A program made the position numbers and the translations under genes. The notes under the pieces were generated by a model, which was not told the origin of the DNA, did not search any database, and worked only from the letters and a program-made list of their open reading frames with translations. Of a DNA stretch of 64,000 nucleotides, positions 1-9,441 are shown in pieces. Position 1 is the first letter of the stretch, and the number at the start of each line of letters is the position of its first letter. This DNA is from Myxococcota bacterium (GTDB lineage Bacteria > Myxococcota_A > Polyangia > Nannocystales > Nannocystaceae), in assembly GCA_039028615.1 (NCBI GenBank), contig JBCCHT010000040.1, positions 44,259-108,258 of the forward strand. Direction: 5' to 3'.

Positions 1-59
1 ATGGCCAGCAGCCCGAGGATGAGCGCATAGGCTTGGAAGTAGAGGGCGACCGGGAACAT
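1..59 (-). CDS. 5' fragment of a putative membrane protein running off the window edge
   Basis: ATG at 59 on the minus strand reads MFPVALYFQAYALILGLLA..., hydrophobic and open to the window end; too short to assign. Confidence 0.4.
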   Translation of the reverse strand, partial: MFPVALYFQAYALILGLLA

Positions 60-146
60 GGCTGCGGCCCCGAGCCTGCGGGGCGAGGGCTCGATCGTCA
101 ACGAGATCGAGGGCCAGGCCCGGTGCGAGGCCGAATTGGGCCCACC

Positions 147-1196
147 ATGGTTCGCTTTCGGGCGTCCGGGGCGCGAGAGCGCTATCTCCCACGTGTGCTG
201 CGTCGCTGGGTCCGCCGCCTGACGATGATCGGGACCCACGCCGTGATCTGGGGGTCGATCGTGGGGCTCGTGCCGCTGTGGCTGCCGCTGGTGGGCCTGC
301 ACGATCTCGTGCGACGCAACCGCGGGGCAGGGCTACGCATGATGGTCCTTTTGGGGACCTTCTCGCTCGCCGAGCTTCTCGGGGTCTTGGGAGCGGGCGT
401 GATCTGGCTCCGCCACGCGCTCGGTCGGAGCCTCGGCTCGGATCGATGGCTCGAGGACAACTACCGACTTCAGCAGCGGTGGACCTCGGCTCTGCTCGGC
501 GCGGCGATTCGAGTGCTTCGGTTGTCGTTCGAGGTCGAGGGTGATGCCACGGCGGTGCCCGGCCCGGTGGTGGTGCTGATGCGTCACACGAGCATGCTGG
601 ACACGGTGCTGCCCGTGGTCTTCTTGGGCGCACGCCACCAGCTGCGCCTGCGCTACGTGCTCAAGACCGAGCTGCAGTTCGATCCCTGCCTCGACATCGT
701 GGGCAATCGGCTGCCCAACTACTTCGTCGACCGAGCGGGGACTACCCCGCGTGAGCTCGAGGCGCTGGGGCGGCTCGCCGATGGCCTGGGCCCGCGCGAC
801 GGGGCGCTCATCTATCCCGAGGGCACGCGCTTTTCCGTGGGCAAGCTGGCGCGGGCCAAAGAGAAGCTGGCGGCCACCAATCCCGAACTCCATGAACTCG
901 CGGCGGGCCTGCGCCGCGTGCTTCCCCCGCGTCCGGGTGGGGCGCTGACCCTGCTCGACCGCGCGTTGCCCCAAGGGGCCGACGTCGTCGTGTTCACGCA
1001 CTCGGGACTCGAGCGACTCGTGAGCTGGCGCGACATGGTCTCCGGGGAGGCGATCGGCACGACCGTGCGGGTGAAGATCTGGCGCGTGTCGGGGGCCGAG
1101 GTCCCGGCCTCGCGGGAGCAACGACTGCACTGGCTGTTCGATCGATGGCACGAGATCGATGCCCTCGCGGTCCGCCATGAAGCCGACGAGGCCTAG
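147..1196 (+). CDS. PlsC-family (lysophospholipid / 1-acyl-sn-glycerol-3-phosphate) acyltransferase with N-terminal TM helices
   Basis: HTSMLDT (HX4D), VLKTEL and YPEGTR motifs; start uncertain (147 or 225). Confidence 0.85.
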   Translation: MVRFRASGARERYLPRVLRRWVRRLTMIGTHAVIWGSIVGLVPLWLPLVGLHDLVRRNRGAGLRMMVLLGTFSLAELLGVLGAGVIWLRHALGRSLGSDRWLEDNYRLQQRWTSALLGAAIRVLRLSFEVEGDATAVPGPVVVLMRHTSMLDTVLPVVFLGARHQLRLRYVLKTELQFDPCLDIVGNRLPNYFVDRAGTTPRELEALGRLADGLGPRDGALIYPEGTRFSVGKLARAKEKLAATNPELHELAAGLRRVLPPRPGGALTLLDRALPQGADVVVFTHSGLERLVSWRDMVSGEAIGTTVRVKIWRVSGAEVPASREQRLHWLFDRWHEIDALAVRHEADEA

Positions 1197-1277
1197 ACTC
1201 GGCCTGGGGATCTCACACCGGCCAGAGGCCGGGCCGCTGCCGTCGAAGGGCGTAGCGGGACCTGCTACGTTCGCGGC

Positions 1278-2303
1278 ATGCAGGCCTACGAGATCAAGGG
1301 CGGCTTCGGGCTCGACAACCTCACCAAGGTCGAGCGACCGATGCCGGAGCCGGGTCCGGGACAGGTGCGGGTCCGCGTCACGGCGGTGTCGCTCAACTAC
1401 CGCGACCTGCTGATGGTGCGGGGCCACTACAACCCGCGGCAGCCCTTGCCGCTGGTTCCCTGCTCGGATGGCGTGGGTCTGGTGGAGGCGATCGGTCCCG
1501 GCGTGCAGGGCTTGGAGATCGGCGATCGCGTGGCCGGCCTGTTCGTCCAGCGCTGGGCGGCGGGCTCTCCCACCGCCCAGGCGCAACGCTCGACGCTCGG
1601 CGGCCCCCTCGATGGCATGCTGGCGGAGCAGGTGGTGCTCGATGCCCAGGGGGTGGTGTCCGTGCCCGAGCACCTGAGCGACGCCGAGGCGGCCACCTTG
1701 CCCTGCGCCGCGTTGACGGCCTGGAGCGCCCTGGTCACCGAGGGCGGCATACGGGCGGGCGACACCGTGCTCGTCCAAGGCACGGGCGGGGTCTCGACCT
1801 TCGCTCTCGCGTTCGCCCGCATGCACGGGGCCCGGGTCATCGCCACTACCAGCCGACCCGCCAAGGCCGAAGCGCTCCTGGCCCGCGGCGCCTGGAAAGT
1901 CATCGACTATCGAAAGGACCCCAAGTGGGGCAAGACGGCGCTGTCGCTGACCGAGGGTCGCGGGGTCGATCACGTGGTCGAGGTCGGCGGCGTGGGCACG
2001 ATGGCGCAGTCGCTCCGGGCGTTGCGCCCCGGCGGCACCCTGAGCCTCATCGGCGTGCTGGCGGGGGTGCAGGCCGACCTTTCGCTCACCTCGGTGTTGA
2101 TGAACCAGATCCGCGTGCAGGGCATCTTCGTCGGGCACCGCGAGGGCTTCCTCGCCATGAACCGGGCCATCCGCGAGCACGAGCTGCGGCCGCTGGTCGA
2201 CAAGGTCTTCGAGTTCGACGAGGCGGTCGCTGCGTTCGAGCACCTCGCCTCGGGCGACCATCAGGGCAAGGTCTGCATCAAGGTCGCGACCAGTCCAGCG
2301 TGA
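1278..2303 (+). CDS. NAD(P)-dependent MDR-family alcohol dehydrogenase / quinone oxidoreductase
   Basis: SLNYRD, PCSDGVG, LPCAALTAW, GTGGVS and GKVCI motifs. Confidence 0.93.
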   Translation: MQAYEIKGGFGLDNLTKVERPMPEPGPGQVRVRVTAVSLNYRDLLMVRGHYNPRQPLPLVPCSDGVGLVEAIGPGVQGLEIGDRVAGLFVQRWAAGSPTAQAQRSTLGGPLDGMLAEQVVLDAQGVVSVPEHLSDAEAATLPCAALTAWSALVTEGGIRAGDTVLVQGTGGVSTFALAFARMHGARVIATTSRPAKAEALLARGAWKVIDYRKDPKWGKTALSLTEGRGVDHVVEVGGVGTMAQSLRALRPGGTLSLIGVLAGVQADLSLTSVLMNQIRVQGIFVGHREGFLAMNRAIREHELRPLVDKVFEFDEAVAAFEHLASGDHQGKVCIKVATSPA

Positions 2304-3486
2304 ACGAGAAGGTGGTGCCGCCCTCGGGGGCGCTGCGGGCCCAGATCTTCCCGCCGTGCGCACGGACGATGCGGCGGGCGGTGGCCAGGCCGAGGCCATC
2401 ACCGGGGGCGTCGTCGTCGAGGCGCACGAAGGGCTCGAAGATCCGCTCGGCCTTACCCGGCGGCAGCCCGACTCCGTTGTCGCGCACGTAGAAGCAGGCG
2501 GCGCCCTCGCCCTCGTTGCGTCCGACCTCGATGCGCGCGGGCGTCTCGGAGGCCGAGAACTTCCACGCGTTGCGCAGCAGGTTGTCGAGCAAGGAGTGCA
2601 ACAGGGCCCGATCGCCGACGGCATGGAGGCCATCGGCGATGCTCCACTCGACCCTGCGGGCCGGGTTTTGCACCTTCAGTCGCTCGGCGATTTCCATCGC
2701 GATGGCGCTGAGGTCGACCGACTCGCGCGCGGGCTCGGCAGACGAGAGCCGGAACAGGCCCATCATGCCCTCGACGAGCGTGTTCATGCGCATCACGCTG
2801 GCGCGGAGCTGGGTGAGGTCTTCTTTGGCCTCGTCGTCGAGCGACGCCTCGTGCTCCTTGCGGAAGATGTCGACGTAGCCGATGGCGGCGGTCAGCGGCG
2901 AGCGAAGGTCGTGGGAGACGGCGCGCCCGAAGGCCTCGAGCTCGGTGTTGGCCGCCCGCAGATCGTCGAGTCGACGGCGTCGCGCCAGCTCGGTGCCCAC
3001 CCATTGGCCCATGAGCTGGAGCGCATCGACGTCGACCTCGTCGAAGTGCCGGGCCCGCGGCTCGGGCGAAGAGAAGTTGAGGGTGCCGAAGCACTCGCCA
3101 TCGACCGTGATCGGCACGCCGATATAGGACTCGAGGCGAAACGAGGTATAGGCGGGATGGGTCTCGTGGGTCTGACCCATGTTCTCGAAGGTGATGGGCC
3201 CCTCGGCGCGCAGGGTGAGGCTGCACGGGGTGACGCCCAGCTCGAACTCGTCGCCGTCGCTCAGGCTCAGGCTGGGCGGGGCGACGACGTGCACGATGGT
3301 GTAGCGCTCGCCTCGGATATTCGACAGCACGCCGATGTCCAGGTCGAAGCGCTCGCAGCCGAGCCTCAGCAGGCGTCGCAGCTGGTGGTCGAAGCCCTGC
3401 TCGTGCTCGCTGGTGATGGCGTAGAGCGTGCGGATGACCGCTTCACTCTTCCCGACTTCGGGCCGGTCGTCGGACGTACCCCCCAC
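2278..3486 (-). CDS. GAF-domain sensor histidine kinase (cytoplasmic)
   Basis: GAF region (ESYIGVPI...GTLNFSS), H-box SHDLRSPL, N-box NLLRNAWKF, DNGVG, GLGLA; GTG start at 3486 inferred. Confidence 0.9.
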   Translation of the reverse strand: MGGTSDDRPEVGKSEAVIRTLYAITSEHEQGFDHQLRRLLRLGCERFDLDIGVLSNIRGERYTIVHVVAPPSLSLSDGDEFELGVTPCSLTLRAEGPITFENMGQTHETHPAYTSFRLESYIGVPITVDGECFGTLNFSSPEPRARHFDEVDVDALQLMGQWVGTELARRRRLDDLRAANTELEAFGRAVSHDLRSPLTAAIGYVDIFRKEHEASLDDEAKEDLTQLRASVMRMNTLVEGMMGLFRLSSAEPARESVDLSAIAMEIAERLKVQNPARRVEWSIADGLHAVGDRALLHSLLDNLLRNAWKFSASETPARIEVGRNEGEGAACFYVRDNGVGLPPGKAERIFEPFVRLDDDAPGDGLGLATARRIVRAHGGKIWARSAPEGGTTFSFTLDWSRP

Positions 3487-3575
3487 GGCTCGCCCAGCGT
3501 ATCGGAAAGCGGTCGCGTCCGAGTCACGAGACCGCGCCTCACCGAGGTACGCGGTTTCGTCCCCGGCAAATGCCG

Positions 3576-3815
3576 TCAACCATCTCGCGGGGCGGGGGGC
3601 GCCGCTTCGCCGTCGCCCTTCGATCCACCGCCCTGCAGCAGATAGAGCAGCCCGCCCGCCGTGACGATGCCCAGGATCTTCCCCAGCGGGAGCACGAAGA
3701 TGATGAAGGCGTTGATGGCACCGAACACGAGGCCGGCCGTGCTTCCCCACGAGCGGGCGAGCCAGAGTGCGGTGATGATCGTCAGTGCGATGGCGCCGTA
3801 GAGCACGGGCGACAC
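3576..3815 (-). CDS. small membrane protein (79 aa)
   Basis: 2-3 hydrophobic segments; fits between neighbours in the same orientation. Confidence 0.6.
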   Translation of the reverse strand: MSPVLYGAIALTIITALWLARSWGSTAGLVFGAINAFIIFVLPLGKILGIVTAGGLLYLLQGGGSKGDGEAAPPAPRDG

Positions 3816-3868
3816 GGTACACCGGTCGGGGGTCGGCGCCGGTCACCGAAATGAAACGCGCGGGCTTG

Positions 3869-4132
3869 CTACCAGAGGATCTCGTCCTTCGAGGGCGCGG
3901 GGCGATCCAGCATCTCGGCCTGGCGACGCAGGTACCGTTGCAAAACGCGACGCGCCTCCCAGGCGGCCTGCCTCCGTGCCCGCCGGACCTGCACCGACGA
4001 CGGCGTGCTCCGTCGGCGGCCGACGCTCCTCTTGGTGTACTCGGCGGCGTACGAGGCTCGCCGATCCACGTCGCCTTGCGCGGTGGTCGAAGAGGAACGA
4101 AGCAGCATGGGACCGTGCTGAGAGGAGTGCAT
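3869..4132 (-). CDS. small basic hypothetical protein
   Basis: ATG preceded by AAGGAAGGAG; Arg-rich 87 aa; no recognisable motif. Confidence 0.4.
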   Translation of the reverse strand: MHSSQHGPMLLRSSSTTAQGDVDRRASYAAEYTKRSVGRRRSTPSSVQVRRARRQAAWEARRVLQRYLRRQAEMLDRPAPSKDEILW

Positions 4133-4267
4133 CACTCCTTCCTTTGCGCGTGGACCCGGGACATTACGGATTTCGTGCAATCGACAATTCGGCGCGGAGC
4201 ACTGCAACTGCAGTGGCCACCCCTGGCTCCAACCGTTGTGCTACGGCCCCGACGCGGTGGTTTGGAC

Positions 4268-5140
4268 TCATGCGCGGCTGCGCTGGCGATCGACTCGTCG
4301 CAGCAGCGCGGTGACCAGTGTTGCGCTGACTAACACCAACAATGCGTAGAGCAAGGGGATGGGCAACATCCGATCGGAAGTCGCCTCGGGGAAGCTCGCG
4401 ATGACTACTGCAATAGCCAGCGGGCTGTTCTGGATGCCGGTCTCGAAACTCACCGCGCGTCGCTGCTCGACGCCGAGCCCGAGCACCCGCGCGCCGAGCC
4501 ACCCGAGCGTCATGCCGAGCACGCCGAGCGCAAGGGCGGCGCTCACGTGCGCGGCGGGGAGCGTGAAGAGCAGTTCACGGTTTCGGACCAAGCCCGAGAC
4601 GATCAGCAATAGTAGGACTGCGATGCCCGACAACCCGCCCATGCGCTCGAGCTTCGCGGCGCGCTCGGGGTTGCGTCGTCGCAGCCACATGCCGAGCGAC
4701 AGCGGCACGAGCATCAGCGCCAGCGTGGTCGCGATGCCGCCGAAGGGGACCTCGAGCGAACCCAGCCCGAGCGACCGCGTGTACAGGTAGAGGATCGACG
4801 GCATGGCGACGACCGCCACCACCGACGAGACCACGGTCATCGTGATGCTCAGCGCGAGGTCGGCCCGCGTGTAGTAGGCGAAGAGGTTCGAGGTCGTGCC
4901 GCCCGGGGTGCAGCCGACCACGATCAAGGACAGAGCGATCAAGGGGTCGAGGCCCAGCGCGCGGCCGAGCAACCACGCGATGAAGGGCATCCATCCGAAC
5001 TGCGAGGCCAGCCCGATGAGCAAGCCCTTGGGGGCGCGGGCGACCTGCTTGAACTGCTCGACGGACAGCGCCGCTCCCATGCCGGCCATGAGCACGAGCA
5101 GGAGCACGGCGAGCGCGGCTTTTTCGATGGGACCCAGCAT
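4268..5140 (-). CDS. bile acid:sodium symporter (BASS/SBF) family transporter
   Basis: QFGWMP, GCTPGGTTSN, ETGIQNSPLA; multiple TM helices. Confidence 0.93.
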   Translation of the reverse strand: MLGPIEKAALAVLLLVLMAGMGAALSVEQFKQVARAPKGLLIGLASQFGWMPFIAWLLGRALGLDPLIALSLIVVGCTPGGTTSNLFAYYTRADLALSITMTVVSSVVAVVAMPSILYLYTRSLGLGSLEVPFGGIATTLALMLVPLSLGMWLRRRNPERAAKLERMGGLSGIAVLLLLIVSGLVRNRELLFTLPAAHVSAALALGVLGMTLGWLGARVLGLGVEQRRAVSFETGIQNSPLAIAVVIASFPEATSDRMLPIPLLYALLVLVSATLVTALLRRVDRQRSRA

Positions 5141-5229
5141 GACGAGGCTCGATCACCAGTAGCACGCCGAGCTGCCCGGGCGTGCGGGCCTCGTTGCGGG
5201 GCATACATCGAGACGGGTCGTTCGTGCGT

Positions 5230-6075
5230 ATGCTGCAGCGGATGCTCCGCCCAAGGTTTGGTTCGTGCGTGCTGGCCATCGCGATCGCCTCGTGCGCGGG
5301 CCCGCGAGAGCAACCCGAGCAGCCGCACTCGCCGTCGTCGTTCGCGACGGCGGAGCCGGCTCCGTCGGACGAGCCCGCGGCGGTCGAGGCTGCACCGGAC
5401 CCCGTGCAGCCCGATGCACGGGAGAAGGAGACTTCGCGGTCGCTGCCCTACGATGCCAAGTGGGTCGACGCCGTGCGCTCGGCGGTGGCGCTGCATGCTT
5501 CGTGGGGCCGAGTCGACGACGAGTCTCGGTGGGCGCCGTTTCTGTGCCGCATGCCACGGGCTGCACTGGCGCACCCCAGCGAGAGCGGCGATCCGAAGAC
5601 CCACGGTCACAAGCTGTACACGCTGTACGCGATGGATCCGGTGGCCTACGGCGCTCGCCCCTCGGCCATGCCTCAGGAGGCCGCGGTGCTCGAAGGCATG
5701 GAGCAGGTGGTGGTCAAAGAGTCGTTCCTGCCGCTGCCGTGGGAGCAGTTTCAGGACCAAAAGGCCGCTGTGCACCCCGGAGGAGGGGTTGGCGAGCATC
5801 GCCTGCGCCCGGCCGAACGCGACGGGCAACGGTTCGTCGCGGGGGCTCGCCAGGGTCTATACGTGATGATGAAACACGAAGGGGCGCCCAAGGACACGGA
5901 CGCGGGGTGGATCTACGCCACCGTCGAATCCGACATGATCACGGTGACCGCAGTCGGGGTGATCGAGTCGTGTGCGAGCTGCCATCGCGAAGCAGGACCG
6001 GGGCGTTTGTTCGGCTTGCCGGATCCGACCGAACCGGCGAAGGCGGCGAACTCGGCACCGTCGCCGCCGCTGTGA
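5230..6075 (+). CDS. cytochrome P460-family-like c-type cytochrome lipoprotein
   Basis: lipobox IASC; VVKES...LYVMMK...TDAGWIYA; C-terminal CASCH heme motif. Confidence 0.7.
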   Translation: MLQRMLRPRFGSCVLAIAIASCAGPREQPEQPHSPSSFATAEPAPSDEPAAVEAAPDPVQPDAREKETSRSLPYDAKWVDAVRSAVALHASWGRVDDESRWAPFLCRMPRAALAHPSESGDPKTHGHKLYTLYAMDPVAYGARPSAMPQEAAVLEGMEQVVVKESFLPLPWEQFQDQKAAVHPGGGVGEHRLRPAERDGQRFVAGARQGLYVMMKHEGAPKDTDAGWIYATVESDMITVTAVGVIESCASCHREAGPGRLFGLPDPTEPAKAANSAPSPPL

Positions 6076-6275
6076 AATGCAGCGAGAGATCTGGGGCCGG
6101 GACTGCAACGACTGCCGTCTTTTTCCCCAGTGAGGCCCAATAGGACAGCATCGACCGGCTCCAGGGCAGGGTTGTGGCCAGCCCCGGGCCGGGTGCGTGA
6201 TTGAACTCGAATTTCCGGTGACTTGCACCGCTCGTCTGAAACCGCGCCCATCGGCTACGATCTCCGACGCACCCG

Positions 6276-7223
<948 letters not shown>

Positions 7224-7293
7224 ATCGCCGTTTTTGGGCCGCACACGGGATGCGGTGATCCGCCGGGGAGGGTCGTGGACCTCTCCCGATGAG

Positions 7294-8427
7294 ATGGGCG
7301 CTCTCAAGCATTCCGTAGCCAGTCCCGATCGGCAGTCGTACATCTACGTACCGCGCTCGGTCGATCTGAACGTCGCGCGAGCGATCCGGGCGATGGTGGA
7401 CCAAGGCGAGGGGCCGTCGCGGGAGCGGATCCGCAAGATCGTCGATCCGATGGGCTTCCGCAGCCTCCGGGGCGGCGCTCGGGCAGCGTTGATGGCTCCG
7501 ACGTGGTTCGGGTTCACGGAGGAGGACAAACCGATGTTCGAGTTCATCGACGCCCAGTGCACGGCGGCGTTCGAACGGGCGCTGAAGCGTATCGCGTTCG
7601 AGAACGACGAGGGCCGCAACGGTCGTCGCATCCAGGGCGAGCTCGACAAGAAGGAGTCCGACTACGCGCTGAACAAGACCTCGGCCCGGGAGGCCGAGCG
7701 GGTCCGCCATCGCGAACGCCTGTGGAAGGAGTGCGGCATCTCGGGGGACCTGGAGTTCTCGCCGTGGATCGAACAGATCGATGGCTCTTTGGCCCACGAC
7801 ACGGAGGCGCAGGAGTACTTCGCGAAGCTCGGCGGTCGAACGATCGACAACGTCGAGGTGTCCACGGCGAAGATGCGAAGAAAGCGGCACCAGGCCGGCT
7901 ACACCCGGCAGCAGTGCCCGCTGGCGCTGGCGATTCGCGACATCGTGCGCTGGCTGAACGGGGTCTCGGCGGAGAACGCCAAGGCCGGCTTCTTCGAGAC
8001 GGTGCCCGAGCTGTTCGTGGGGGTGGACGAGATCTGGGCCGAGGGCCCCTTCGCGCTGAGCTGGGTGCGCGAGCTGGTCTTCTACGGCCACGGGCGATAC
8101 GGCGAGACCGACGAGGCCGGGTTCAAGTTCGACAGCTCCATGCTGACCACCAGCGTCTTCAACGAGCCGAAGACGCAGGCCGAGCTGGCTCATGTGTCGC
8201 TGTTCATGGCCCCGGGGTCTTCGATCTTGTTGCAGGGCTGCGACACGGGCTACGGCGCTCGCGGCAAGGAGTTCATGCACGCCTTTGCCCGCTGCATCTT
8301 CGGCAAGGACAAGTGGGGCTACATCCGAGCGAACCGCTATATCTCGGAGGTCAACGAGAACACCCTGATCATGGGCTACAAGCCAGGCAGCCCCGTGACC
8401 TACAAGTATCCCGACGACTTCCGCTAG
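7294..8427 (+). CDS. hypothetical protein with C-terminal caspase-hemoglobinase-like (DUF4347/C80-like) domain
   Basis: LVFYGHG ... ILLQGCDTG pattern; N-terminal ~240 aa unrecognised. Confidence 0.6.
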   Translation: MGALKHSVASPDRQSYIYVPRSVDLNVARAIRAMVDQGEGPSRERIRKIVDPMGFRSLRGGARAALMAPTWFGFTEEDKPMFEFIDAQCTAAFERALKRIAFENDEGRNGRRIQGELDKKESDYALNKTSAREAERVRHRERLWKECGISGDLEFSPWIEQIDGSLAHDTEAQEYFAKLGGRTIDNVEVSTAKMRRKRHQAGYTRQQCPLALAIRDIVRWLNGVSAENAKAGFFETVPELFVGVDEIWAEGPFALSWVRELVFYGHGRYGETDEAGFKFDSSMLTTSVFNEPKTQAELAHVSLFMAPGSSILLQGCDTGYGARGKEFMHAFARCIFGKDKWGYIRANRYISEVNENTLIMGYKPGSPVTYKYPDDFR

Positions 8428-8439
8428 CGGCTCGTCGCG

Positions 8440-9354
8440 TCAGTACTCGCCGACGCCGTTGGGGTCCCAGTCTTTGGGGATGGGCTTGCCGTTGCCCCAC
8501 GTCTTGCCCGGCTCCGTCTGCAGGCCCAGCACGGGCACCGCGTACTCGAGCACGACCTTGCGCCACAGCTCTTCGCCCGGGTCGCCGCGGCGGCTGCGGG
8601 AGGACTGGCGATGGGCATGGATGTACTTGATGGGGCAGCCTTCCTTGCGCCCCTCTTCCATCAGCAGCTTCACCGCCATGCGGGAGGCCTCGATGACCTT
8701 GTCGGTCAGCGGCGTGGGCGGGCGGCCATTGGCGGTGCGGCCCCCGGCGAGGCCGGCATAGTTGCCGTCGATCTCGAGCCCGAGCGAGCGGCGATTGAGC
8801 GAGTTGGCGTGGTAGACGTACCAGCGCAGCGGCGCGGCCAAGGAGATGAAGCCGTCGTGGAAGGCGAGCGCATGGCAGGCCACCTTGAAGGCACGGCGGG
8901 CCAAGGCCATGTCGCGATCACCCCCGGCAGCGGAGATCTGGTAGCTCTTGACCCCGAACTTCACCGCCGTCTGGTGAATGGTGATCGCGTCGATGCTCGA
9001 GGCGCGGCGCTGGACGGTCCGGCCCGCGACGGTCTTGGATTTCTTGTGCGGGCTGTCGGCCTGTTCGCGTAGATCGTAGACCTTGACGCTGCCGACTCCG
9101 GTCGTGCCGCGACTGGACGGTGTCGCTCTCGGAGCGGGCGGTGGCGTGGCGGGTCGGTCGAGGGCCGTGAGGACTTCGGCGGGCACCCGGGGGTCCCAGT
9201 CGATGTTCTGGTCCTTGGCGAAGCGCTGGAGCGCTTCCCAGCATTCGTCGCCAAAGTGGCCATCGCTGCCGAATCGCGGCAAGTCGTAGCCGCGACTCAT
9301 GAGTGCCTTTTGGACTGACTTGACCCTACTGCCCTTGTCTCCGAACCGGACCAT
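8440..9354 (-). CDS. peptidoglycan-binding domain + N-acetylmuramoyl-L-alanine amidase (Amidase_2)
   Basis: GDKGSRVKSVQKAL...DGHFG (PG_binding_1); TIHQTA, YHAN, SLGLEIDG, AHRQ...DPG. Confidence 0.85.
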   Translation of the reverse strand: MVRFGDKGSRVKSVQKALMSRGYDLPRFGSDGHFGDECWEALQRFAKDQNIDWDPRVPAEVLTALDRPATPPPAPRATPSSRGTTGVGSVKVYDLREQADSPHKKSKTVAGRTVQRRASSIDAITIHQTAVKFGVKSYQISAAGGDRDMALARRAFKVACHALAFHDGFISLAAPLRWYVYHANSLNRRSLGLEIDGNYAGLAGGRTANGRPPTPLTDKVIEASRMAVKLLMEEGRKEGCPIKYIHAHRQSSRSRRGDPGEELWRKVVLEYAVPVLGLQTEPGKTWGNGKPIPKDWDPNGVGEY

Positions 9355-9441
9355 GCTGTGACCACCCCTTTGCTGCGCCGCGAATCAATCGGCAGCTCAG
9401 CATCGCACGCGGTCCTCCCCGTGCTCAACCCGGTGGCGCGT

